A stretch of 64,000 nucleotides of DNA from the human T2T-CHM13v2.0 reference genome, Homo sapiens. A program made the position numbers and the translations under genes. The stretch lies in the NCBI RefSeq assembly GCF_009914755.1, contig NC_060934.1. The stretch is one strand, 5' to 3'. Below, in pieces: positions 24,438 to 36,600 of the stretch. Positions within the stretch are counted from its first letter, which is position 1, and each line of letters begins with the position of its first letter. The notes beneath the pieces were generated by a model. It searched no databases, was not told the origin of the DNA, and was given only the letters and a program-made list of their open reading frames with translations.

Positions 24438-27400
24438 AATTCTCAGTAACTTCTTTGTGTTGTGTGTATTCAACTCACAGAGTTGAACCTTTCTTTAGAG
24501 AGAGCAGAGTTGAAACACTCTGTTTTTGGAATTTGCAAGTTCAGATTTCAAGCGCTTCTAGGCCTATGGCAGAAAAGGAAATATCCTCGTATAAAAACTA
24601 CACAGAATCATTCTCAACAACTACTTTGTGATGTGTGCGTTCAACTCACAGAGTTTAACCTTTCTTTTCATAGAGCAGTTTGGAAACACTCTGTTTGTAA
24701 AGCCTGCAAGTGCTTTTTTGCACTTCATTGAGGCCTTCGTTGGAAACGGGATTTCTTCATATAATGCTAGACAGAAGAATTCTCAGTCACTTCTTTGTGT
24801 TGTGTGTATTCAAGTCACAGAGTTGAACCTTCCTTTAGACAGAGCAGTTTTGAAAAATTCTTTCTGTGGAGTTTGCAAGTGGAGATTTCAAGCGATTTGA
24901 GGCTAATCTTTGAAATGGAAATATCTTCGTGTAAAAACTACACAGAATCATTCTCAGAAACTGCTTTGTCATCTGTGCGTTCAGTTCACAGAGTTTCACC
25001 TTTCTCTTCATAGAGCAGTTTGGAAAGACTCTGTCTGTAAAGTCTGCAAGTGATTAGTTAGACCCCTTTGAGGCCTTCGTTGGAAGCGGGATTTCTCATT
25101 TACTGCTAGACAGAAGAATTCTCAGTAAATCCTTTGTGTTGTGTGTATTCAACTCACAGAGTGGAACCTTCCTTTATTCAGAGCAGTTTTGAAACACTCT
25201 TTTTGTGGAATTTGCAAGTGGAGATTTCAAGCGATTTGACGCCAATCTTAGACATGGAAATATCTTCATATTAAAAGTACACAGAGTCATTCGTAGAAAC
25301 TAGTTTGTGATGTGTGCCTTCAACTCACAGAGTTTAACCTTTCTTTTCATAGAGCAGTTGGGAAACACTCTATTTGTAAAGTCTGCAAGTGGATATTTGG
25401 ACCTCTTTGAGGCCTTCGTTGGAAACGGGATTTCTTCATATAACGCTAGACAGAAGAATTCTCAGTAACTTCTTTGTGTTGTGTGTATTCAACTCACAGA
25501 GTTGAACCTTTCTTTAGAGGGAGCAGAGGTGAAACACTCTTTTTGTGGAATTTGCTAGTGTAGATTTCAAACGCTTCGAAGACAGTGATAGAAAAGGATA
25601 TATCTTCGTATTAAAAGTAGACAAAATCATTCTCAGAAAACTCTTTGTGATGTGTGTGTTCAACTCACAGAGTTTAACCTTTCTTTAATCGAGCAGTTTG
25701 GAAATACACTCTTTGTAAGTCTGCAGGTGGATATTTGGCCCTCTTTGAGCCCTTCGTTGGAAACGGGATTTCCTCATATAATGCTAGACAGAAGAATTCT
25801 CAGTAACTTCTTTGTGTTGTTTGTATTCAACACACAGATTTGAACCTTCCTTTAGAGAGAGCAGATTTGAAACGCTCTGTTTTTGGAATTTGCAAGTGCA
25901 GATTTCAAACGCTTCTAGGCCTATGGCAGAAAAGGAAATATCTTCGTATAAAAACTACACAGAATCATTCTCAACAACTACTTTGTGATGTGTGCGTTCA
26001 ACTCACAGAGTTTAACCTTTCTTTTCATAGAGCAGTTTGGAAACACTCTGTTTGTAAAGCCTGCAAGTGCTTTTTTGGACTTCATTGAGGCCTTCGTTGG
26101 AAACGGGATTTCTTCATATAATGCTAGACAGAAGAATTCTCAGTCACTTCTTTGTGTTGTGTGTATTCAAGTCACAGAGTTGAACCTTCCTTTAGACAGA
26201 GCAGTTTTGAAAAATTCTTTCTGTGGAGTTTGCAAGTGGAGATTTCAAGCGATTTGAGGCTAATCTTTGAAATGGAAATATCTTCGTGTAAAAACTACAC
26301 AGAATCATTCTCAGAAACTGCTTTGTCATCTGTGCGTTCAGTTCACAGAGTTTCACCTTTCTCTTCATAGAGCAGTTTGGAAAGACTCTGTCTGTAAAGT
26401 CTGCAAGTGATTAGTTAGACCCCTTTGAGGCCTTCGTTGGAAGCGGGATTTCTCATTTACTGCTAGACAGAAGAATTCTCAGTAAATCCTTTGTGTTGTG
26501 TGTATTCAACTCACAGAGTGGAACCTTCCTTTATTCAGAGCAGTTTTGAAAAACACTTTTTGTGGAATTTGCAAGTGGAGATTTCAAGCGATTTGACGCC
26601 AATCTTAGACATGGAAATATCTTCATATTAAAAGTACACAGAGTCATTCGTAGAAACTAGTTTGTGATGTGTGCCTTCAACTCACAGAGTTTAACCTTTC
26701 TTTTCATAGAGCAGTTTGGAAACACTCTATTTGTAAAGTCTGCAAGTGGATATTTGGACCTCTTTGAGGCCTTCGTTGGAAACGGGATTTCTTCATACAA
26801 CACTAGACAGAAGAATTCTCAGTAACTTCTTTGTGTTGTGTGTATTCAACTCACAGAGTTGAACCTTTCTTTAGAGAGAGCAGAGTTGAAACACTCTGTT
26901 TTTGGAATTTGCAAGTGCAGATTTCAAGCGATTCTAGGCCTATGGCAGAAAAGGAAATATCTTCGTATAAAAACTACACAGAATCATTCTCAACAACTAC
27001 TTTGTGATGTGTGCGTTCAACTCACAGAGTTTAACCTTTCTTTTCATAGAGCAGTTTGGAAACACTCTGTTTGTAAAGCCTGCAAGTGCTTTTTTGGACT
27101 TCATTGAGGCCTTCGTTGGAAACGGGATTTCTTCATGTAATGCTAGACAGAAGAATTCTCAGTCACTTCTTTGTGTTGTGTGTATTCAAGTCACAGAGTT
27201 GAACCTTCCTTTAGACAGAGCAGTTTTGAAAAATTCTTTCTGTGGAGTTTGCAAGTGGAGATTTCATGCGATTTGAGGCTAATCTTTGAAATGGAAATAT
27301 CTTCGTGTAAAAACTACACAGAATCATTCTCAGAAACTGCTTTGTCATCTGTGCGTTCAGTTCACAGAGTTTCACCTTTCTCTTCATAGAGCAGTTTGGA

Positions 27401-27832
27401 AAGACTCTGTCTGTAAAGTCTGCAAGTGATTAGTTAGACCCCTTTGAGGCCTTCGTTGGAAGCGGGATTTCTCATTTACTGCTAGACAGAAGAATTCTCA
27501 GTAAATCCTTTGTGTTGTGTGTATTCAACTCACAGAGTGGAACCTTCCTTTATTCAGAGCAGTTTTGAAACACTCTTTTTGTGGAATTTGCAAGTGGAGA
27601 TTTCAAGCGATTTGACGCCAATCTTAGACATGGAAATATCTTCATATTAAAAGTACACAGAGTCATTCGTAGAAACTAGTTTGTGATGTGTGCCTTCAAC
27701 TCACAGAGTTTAACCTTTCTTTTCATAGAGCAGTTGGGAAACACTCTATTTGTAAAGTCTGCAAGTGGATATTTGGACCTCTTTGAGGCCTTCGTTGGAA
27801 ACGGGATTTCTTCATATAACGCTAGACAGAAG

Positions 27833-28851
27833 AATTCTCAGTAACTTCTTTGTGTTGTGTGTATTCAACTCACAGAGTTGAACCTTTCTTTAGAGGGAGC
27901 AGAGGTGAAACACTCTTTTTGTGGAATTTGCTAGTGTAGATTTCAAACGCTTCGAAGACAGTGATAGAAAAGGATATATCTTCGTATTAAAAGTAGACAA
28001 AATCATTCTCAGGAAACTCTTTGTGATGTGTGTGTTCAACTCACAGAGTTTAACCTTTCTTTTCATAGAGCAGTTTGGAAACACTCTGTTTGTAAAGCCT
28101 GCAAGTGCTTTTTTGGACTTCATTGAGGCCTTCGTTGGAAACGGGATTTCTTCATATAATGCTAGACAGAAGAATTCTCAGTCACTTCTTTGTGTTGTGT
28201 GTATTCAAGTCACAGAGTTGAACCTTCCTTTAGACAGAGCAGTTTTGAAAAATTCTTTCTGTGGAATTTGCAAGTGGAGATTTCAAGCGATTTGAGGCTA
28301 ATCTTTGAAATGGAAATATCTTCGTGTAAAAACTACACAGAATCATTCTCAGAAACTGCTTTGTCATCTGTGCGTTCAGTTCACAGAGTTTCACCTTTCT
28401 CTTCATAGAGCAGTTTGGAAAGACTCTGTCTGTAAAGTCTGCAAGTGATTAGTTAGACCCCTTTGAGGCCTTCGTTGGAAGCGGGATTTCTCATTTACTG
28501 CTAGACAGAAGAATTCTCAGTAAATCCTTTGTGTTGTGTGTATTCAACTCACAGAGTGGAACCTTCCTTTATTCAGAGCAGTTTTGAAACACTCTTTTTG
28601 TGGAATTTGCAAGTGGAGATTTCAAGCGATTTGACGCCAATCTTAGACATGGAAATATCTTCATATTAAAAGTGCACAGAGTCATTCGTAGAAACTAGTT
28701 TGTGATGTGTGCCTTCAACTCACAGAGTTTAACCTTTCTTTTCATAGAGCAGTTGGGAAACACTCTATTTGTAAAGTCTGCAAGTGGATATTTGGACCTC
28801 TTTGAGGCCTTCGTTGGAAACGGGATTTCTTCATATAACGCTAGACAGAAG
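27833..28851 (+). repeat. Second, independent 6-mer variant (A/B late-breakpoint hybrid + C + D)
   Basis: It has the same A/B hybrid and private CTCAGGAA variant as 24098, but ends TATAATGCT and runs into C at 28173. Confidence 0.85.
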
Positions 28852-31800
28852 AATTCTCAGTAACTTCTTTGTGTTGTGTGTATTCAACTCACAGAGTTGA
28901 ACCTTTCTTTAGAGGGAGCAGAGGTGAAACACTCTTTTTGTGGAATTTGCTAGTGTAGATTTCAAACGCTTCGAAGACAGTGATAGAAAAGGATATATCT
29001 TCGTATTAAAAGTAGACAAAATCATTCTCAGAAAACTCTTTGTGATGTGTGTGTTCAACTCACAGAGTTTAACCTTTCTTTAATCGAGCAGTTTGGAAAT
29101 ACACTCTTTGTAAGTCTGCAGGTGGATATTTGGCCCTCTTTGAGCCCTTCGTTGGAAACGGGATTTCCTCATATAATGCTAGACAGAAGAATTCTCAGTA
29201 ACTTCTTTGTGTTGCTTGTATTCAACACACAGATTTGAACCTTCCTTTAGAGAGAGCAGATTTGAAACACTCTGTTTTTGGAATTTGCAAGTGCAGATTT
29301 CAAGCGCTTCTAGGCCTATGGCAGAAAAGGAAATATCTTCGTATAAAAACTACACAGAATCATTCTCAACAACTACTTTGTGATGGGTGCGTTCAACTCA
29401 CAGAGGTTAACCTTTCTTTTCATAGAGCAGTTTGGAAACACTCTGTTTGTAAAGCCTGCAAGTGCTTTTTTGGACTTCATTGAGGCCTTCGTTGGAAACG
29501 GGATTTCTTCATATAATGCTAGACAGAAGAATTCTCAGTCACTTCTTTGTGTTGTGTGTATTCAAGTCACAGAGTTGAACCTTCCTTTAGACAGAGCAGT
29601 TTTGAAAAATTCTTTCTGTGGAATTTGCAAGTGGAGATTTCAAGCGATTTGAGGCTAATCTTTGAAATGGAAATATCTTCGTGTAAAAACTACACAGAAT
29701 CATTCTCAGAAACTGCTTTGTCATCTGTGCGTTCAGTTCACAGAGTTTCACCTTTCTCTTCATAGAGCAGTTTGGAAAGACTCTGTCTGTAAAGTCTGCA
29801 AGTGATTAGTTAGACCCCTTTGAGGCCTTCGTTGGAAGCGGGATTTCTCATTTACTGCTAGACAGAAGAATTCTCAGTAAATCCTTTCTGTTGTGTGTAT
29901 TCAACTCACAGAGTGGAACCTTCCTTTATTCAGAGCAGTTTTGAAACACTCTTTTTGTGGAATTTGCAAGTGGAGATTTCAAGCGATTTGACGCCAATCT
30001 TAGACATGGAAATATCTTCATATTAAAAGTACACAGAGTCATTCGTAGAAACTAGTTTGTGATGTGTGCCTTCAACTCACAGAGTTTAACCTTTCTTTTC
30101 ATAGAGCAGTTGGGAAACACTCTATTTGTAAAGTCTGCAAGTGGATATTTGGACCTCTTTGAGGCCTTCGTTGGAAACGGGATTTCTTCATACAACGCTA
30201 GACAGAAGAATTCTCAGTAACTTCTTTGTGTTGTGTGTATTCAACTCACAGAGTTGAACCTTTCTTTAGAGAGAGCAGAGTTGAAACACTCTGTTTTTGG
30301 AATTTGCAAGTGCAGATTTCAAGCGATTCTAGGCCTATGGCAGAAAAGGAAATATCTTCGTATAAAAACTACACAGAATCATTCTCAACAACTACTTTGA
30401 GATGTGTGCGTTCAACTCACAGAGTTTAACCTTTCTTTTCATAGAGCAGTTTGGAAACACTCTGTTTGTAAAGCCTGCAAGTGCTTTTTTGGACTTCATT
30501 GAGGCCTTCGTTGGAAACGGGATTTCTTCATATAATGCTAGACAGAAGAATTCTCAGTCACTTCTTTGTGTTGTGTGTATTCAAGTCACAGAGTTGAACC
30601 TTCCTTTAGACAGAGCAGTTTTGAAAAATTCTTTCTGTGGAATTTGCAAGTGGAGATTTCAAGCGATTTGAGGCTAATCTTTGAAATGGAAATATCTTCG
30701 TGTAAAAACTACACAGAATCATTCTCAGAAACTGCTTTGTCATCTGTGCGTTCAGTTCACAGAGTTTCACCTTTCTCTTCATAGAGCAGTTTGGAAAGAC
30801 TCTGTCTGTAAAGTCTGCAAGTGATTAGTTAGACCCCTTTGAGGCCTTCGTTGGAAGCGGGATTTCTCATTTACTGCTAGACAGAAGAATTCTCAGTAAA
30901 TCCTTTGTGTTGTGTGTATTCAACTCACAGAGTGGAACCTTCCTTTATTCAGAGCAGTTTTGAAAAACACTTTTTGTGGAATTTGCAAGTGGAGATTTCA
31001 AGCGATTTGACGCCAATCTTAGACATGGAAATATCTTCATATTAAAAGTACACAGAGTCATTCGTAGAAACTAGTTTGTGATGTGTGCCTTCAACTCACA
31101 GAGTTTAACCTTTCTTTTCATAGAGCAGTTGGGAAACACTCTATTTGTAAAGTCTGCAAGTGGATATTTGGACCTCTTTGAGGCCTTCGTTGGAAACGGG
31201 ATTTCTTCATATAACGCTAGACAGAAGAATTCTCAGTAACTTCTTTGTGTTGTGTGTATTCAACTCACAGAGTTGAACCTTTCTTTAGAGGGAGCAGAGG
31301 TGAAACACTCTTTTTGTGGAATTTGCTAGTGTAGATTTCAAACGCTTCGAAGACAGTGATAGAAAAGGATATATCTTCGTATTAAAAGTAGACAAAATCA
31401 TTCTCAGAAAACTCTTTGTGATGTGTGTGTTCAACTCACAGAGTTTAACCTTTCTTTAATCGAGCAGTTTGGAAATACACTCTTTGTAAGTCTGCAGGTG
31501 GATATTTGGCCCTCTTTGAGCCCTTCGTTGGAAACGGGATTTCCTCATATAATGCTAGACAGAAGAATTCTCAGTAACTTCTTTGTGTTGCTTGTATTCA
31601 ACACACAGATTTGAACATTCCTTTAGAGAGAGCAGATTTGAAACACTCTGTTTTTGGAATTTGCAAGTGCAGATTTCAAGCGCTTCTAGGCCTATGGCAG
31701 AAAAGGAAATATCTTCGTATAAAAACTACACAGAATCATTCTCAACAACTACTTTGTGATGGGTGCGTTCAACTCACAGAGGTTAACCTTTCTTTTCATA

Positions 31801-33603
31801 GAGCAGTTTGGAAACACTCTGTTTGTAAAGCCTGCAAGTGCTTTTTTGGACTTCATTGAGGCCTTCGTTGGAAACGGGATTTCTTCATATAATGCTAGAC
31901 AGAAGAATTCTCAGTCACTTCTTTGTGTTGTGTGTATTCAAGTCACAGAGTTGAACCTTCCTTTAGACAGAGCAGTTTTGAAAAATTCTTTCTGTGGAAT
32001 TTGCAAGTGGAGATTTCAAGCGATTTGAGGCTAATCTTTGAAATGGAAATATCTTCGTGTAAAAACTACACAGAATCATTCTCAGAAACTGCTTTGTCAT
32101 CTGTGCGTTCAGTTCACAGAGTTTCACCTTTCTCTTCATAGAGCAGTTTGGAAAGACTCTGTCTGTAAAGTCTGCAAGTGATTAGTTAGACCCCTTTGAG
32201 GCCTTCGTTGGAAGCGGGATTTCTCATTTACTGCTAGACAGAAGAATTCTCAGTAAATCCTTTCTGTTGTGTGTATTCAACTCACAGAGTGGAACCTTCC
32301 TTTATTCAGAGCAGTTTTGAAACACTCTTTTTGTGGAATTTGCAAGTGGAGATTTCAAGCGATTTGACGCCAATCTTAGACATGGAAATATCTTCATATT
32401 AAAAGTACACAGAGTCATTCGTAGAAACTAGTTTGTGATGTGTGCCTTCAACTCACAGAGTTTAACCTTTCTTTTCATAGAGCAGTTGGGAAACACTCTA
32501 TTTGTAAAGTCTGCAAGTGGATATTTGGACCTCTTTGAGGCCTTCGTTGGAAACGGGATTTCTTCATACAACGCTAGACAGAAGAATTCTCAGTAACTTC
32601 TTTGTGTTGTGTGTATTCAACTCACAGAGTTGAACCTTTCTTTAGAGAGAGCAGAGTTGAAACACTCTGTTTTTGGAATTTGCAAGTGCAGATTTCAAGC
32701 GATTCTAGGCGTATGGCAGAAAAGGAAATATCTTCGTATAAAAACTACACAGAATCATTCTCAACAACTACTTTGTGATGTGTGCGTTCAACTCACAGAG
32801 TTTAACCTTTCTTTTCATAGAGCAGTTTGGAAACACTCTGTTTGTAAAGCCTGCAAGTGCTTTTTTGGACTTCATTGAGGCCTTCGTTGGAAACGGGATT
32901 TCTTCATATAATGCTAGACAGAAGAATTCTCAGTCACTTCTTTGTGTTGTGTGTATTCAAGTCACAGAGTTGAACCTTCCTTTAGACTGAGCAGTTTTGA
33001 AAAATTCTTTCTGTGTAATTTGCAAGTGGAGATTTCAAGCGATTTGAGGCTAATCTTTGAAATGGAAATATCTTCGTGTAAAAACTACACAGAATCATTC
33101 TCAGAAACTGCTTTGTCATCTGTGCGTTCAGTTCACAGAGTTTCACCTTTCTCTTCATAGAGCAGTTTGGAAAGACTCTGTCTGTAAAGTCTGCAAGTGA
33201 TTAGTTAGACCCCTTTGAGGCCTTCTTTGGAAGCGGGATTTCTCATTTACTGCTAGACAGAAGAATTCTCAGTAAATCCTTTGTGTTGTGTGTATTCAAC
33301 TCACAGAGTGGAACCTTCCTTTATTCAGAGCAGTTTTGAAACACTCTTTTTGTGGAATTTGCAAGTGGAGATTTCAAGCGATTTGACGCCAATCTTAGAC
33401 ATGGAAATATCTTCATATTAAAAGTACACAGAGTCATTCGTAGAAACTAGTTTGTGATGTGTGCCTTCAACTCACAGAGTTTAACCTTTCTTTTCATAGA
33501 GCAGTTGGGAAACACTCTATTTGTAAAGTCTGCAAGTGGATATTTGGACCTCTTTGAGGCCTTCGTTGGAAACGGGATTTCTTCATATAACGCTAGACAG
33601 AAG

Positions 33604-36600
33604 AATTCTCAGTAACTTCTTTGTGTTGTGTGTATTCAACTCACAGAGTTGAACCTTTCTTTAGAGGGAGCAGAGGTGAAACACTCTTTTTGTGGAATTT
33701 GCTAGTGTAGATTTCAAACGCTTCGAAGACAGTGATAGAAAAGGATATATCTTCGTATTAAAAGTAGACAAAATCATTCTCAGAAAACTCTTTGTGATGT
33801 GTGTGTTCAACTCACAGAGTTTAACCTTTCTTTAATCGAGCAGTTTGGAAATACACTCTTTGTAAGTCTGCAGGTGGATATTTGTCCCTCTTTGAGCCCT
33901 TCGTTGGAAACGGGATTTCCTCATATAATGCTAGACAGAAGAATTCTCAGTAACTTCTTTGTGTTGTTTGTATTCAACACACAGATTTGAACCTTCCTTT
34001 AGAGAGAGCAGATTTGAAACACTCTGTTTTTGGAATTTGCAAGTGCAGATTTCAAGCGCTTCTAGGCCTATGGCAGAAAAGGAAATATCTTCGTATAAAA
34101 ACTACACAGAATCATTCTCAACAACTACTTTGTGATGTGTGCGTTCAACTCACAGAGGTTAACCTTTCTTTTCAGAGAGCAGTTTGGAAACACTCTGTTT
34201 GTAAAGCCTGCAAGTGCTTTTTTGGACTTCATTGAGGCCTTCGTTGGAAACGGGATTTCTTCATACAACGCTAGACAGAAGAATTCTCAGTAACTTCTTT
34301 GTGTTGTGTGTATTCAACTCACAGAGTTGAACCTTTCTTTAGAGAGAACAGAGTTGAAACACTCTGTTTTTGGAATTTGCAAGTGCAGATTTCAAGCGAT
34401 TCTAGGCCTATGGCAGAAAAGGAAATATCTTCGTAGAAAAACTACACAGAATCATTCTCAACAACTACTTTGTGATGTGTGCGTTCAACTCACAGAGTTT
34501 AACCTTTCTTTTCATAGAGCAGTTTGGAAACACTCTGTTTGTAAAGCCTGCAAGTGCTTTTTTGGACTTCATTGAGGCCTTCGTTGGAAACGGGATTTCT
34601 TCATATAACGCTAGACAGAAGAATTCTCAGTCACTTCTTTGTGTTGTGTGTATTCAAGTCACAGAGTTGAACCTTCCTTTAGACAGAGCAGTTTTGAAAA
34701 ATTCTTTCTGTGGAATTTGCAAGTGGAGATTTCAAGCGATTTGAGGCTAATCTTTGAAATGGAAATATCTTCGTGTAAAAACTACACAGAATCATTCTCA
34801 GAAACTGCTTTGTCATCTGTGCGTTCAGTTCACAGAGTTTCACCTTTCTCTTCATAGAGCAGTTTGGAAAGACTCTGTCTGTAAAGTCTGCAAGTGATTA
34901 GTTAGACCCCTTTGAGACCTTCGTTGGAAGCGGGATTTCTCATTTACTGCTAGACAGAAGAATTCTCAGTAAATCCTTTGTGTTGTGTGTATTCAACTCA
35001 CAGAGTGGAACCTTCCTTTATTCAGAGCAGTTTTGAAACAGTCTTTTTGTGGAATTTGCAAGTGGAGATTTCAAGCGATTTGACGCCAATCTTAGACATG
35101 GAAATATCTTCATATTAAAAGTACACAGAGTCATTCGTAGAAACTAGTTTGTGATGTGTGCCTTCAACTCACAGAGTTTAACCTTTCTTTTCATAGAGCA
35201 GTTGGGAAACACTCTATTTGTAAAGTCTGCAAGTGGATATTTGGACCTCTTTGAGGCCTTCGTTGGAAACGGGATTTCTTCATATAACGCTAGACAGAAG
35301 AATTCTCAGTAACTTCTTTGTGTTGTGTGTATTCAACTCACAGAGTTGAACCTTTCTTTAGAGGGAGCAGAGGTGAAACAGTCTTTTTGTGGAATTTGCT
35401 AGTGTAGATTTCAAACGCTTCGAAGTCAGTGATAGAAAAGGATATATCTTCGTATTAAAAGTAGACAAAATCATTCTCAGAAAACTCTTTGTGATGTGTG
35501 TGTTCAACTCACAGAGTTTAACCTTTCTTTAATCGAGCAGTTTGGAAATACACTCTTTGTAAGTCTGCAGGTGGATATTTGGCCCTCTTTGAGCCCTTCT
35601 TTGGAAACGGGATTTCCTCTTATAATGCTAGACAGAAGAATTCTCAGTAACTTCTCTGTGTTGTTTGTATTCAACACACAGATTTGAACCTTCCTTTAGA
35701 GAGAGCAGATTTGAAACACTCTGTTTTTGGAATTTGCAAGTGCAGATTTCAAGCACTTCTAGGCCTATGGCAGAAAAGGAAATATCTTCGTATAAAAACT
35801 ACACAGAATCATTCTCAACAACTACTTTGTGATGTGTGCGTTCAACTCACAGAGTTTAACCTTTCTTTTCATAGAGCAGTTTGGAAACACTCTGTTTGTA
35901 AAGCCTGCAAGTGCTTTTTTGGACTTCATTGAGGCCTTCGTTGGAAACGGGATTTCTTCATACAACGCTAGACAGAAGAATTCTCAGTAACTTCTTTGTG
36001 TTATGTGTATTCAACTCACAGAGTTGAACCTTTCTTTAGAGGGAGCAGAGGTGAAACACTCTTTTTGTGGAATTTGCTAGTGTAGATTTCAAACGCTTCG
36101 AAGACAGTGATAGAAAAGGATATATCTTCGTATTAAAAGTAGACAAAATCATTCTCAGAAAACTCTTTGTGATGTGTGTGTTCAACTCACAGAGTTTAAC
36201 CTTTCTTTAATCGAGCAGTTTGGAAATACACTCTTTGTAAGTCTGCAGGTGGATATTTGTCCCTCTTTGAGCCCTTCGTTGGAAACGGGATTTCCTCATA
36301 TAATGCTAGACAGAAGAATTCTCAGTAACTTCTTTGTGTTGTTTGTATTCAACACACAGATTTGAACCTTCCTTTAGAGAGAGCAGATTTGAAACACTCT
36401 GTTTTTGGAATTTGCAAGTGCAGATTTCAAGCGCTTCTAGGCCTATGGCAGAAAAGGAAATATCTTCGTATAAAAACTACACAGAATCATTCTCAACAAC
36501 TACTTTGTGATGTGTGCGTTCAACTCACAGAGGTTAACCTTTCTTTTCAGAGAGCAGTTTGGAAACACTCTGTTTGTAAAGCCTGCAAGTGCTTTTTTGG

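Larger units (their letters stand above)
1..33603 (+). repeat. Left domain: interspersed 8-mer and 6-mer HORs (order 8,6,6,8,8,6,8,8,6,8,6,8,6,8,8,6,8,6,8,6,2,6,8,6,6*,8,6,8,6)
   Basis: Unit order was read from the dimer-diagnostic motifs and from the 1357/1019-bp spacing of the recurring ORFs. The '2' is a lone hybrid dimer at 24098-24437, and 6* is a different 6-mer at 27833-28851. Confidence 0.88.

Noticed and set aside
27921-28295. 124-aa ORF, plus the minus-strand ORFs at 8542, 10918, 24155 and 27890
   Set aside because: These arise from the A/B hybrid junction or from a single SNV removing a stop codon. There is no coding evidence.
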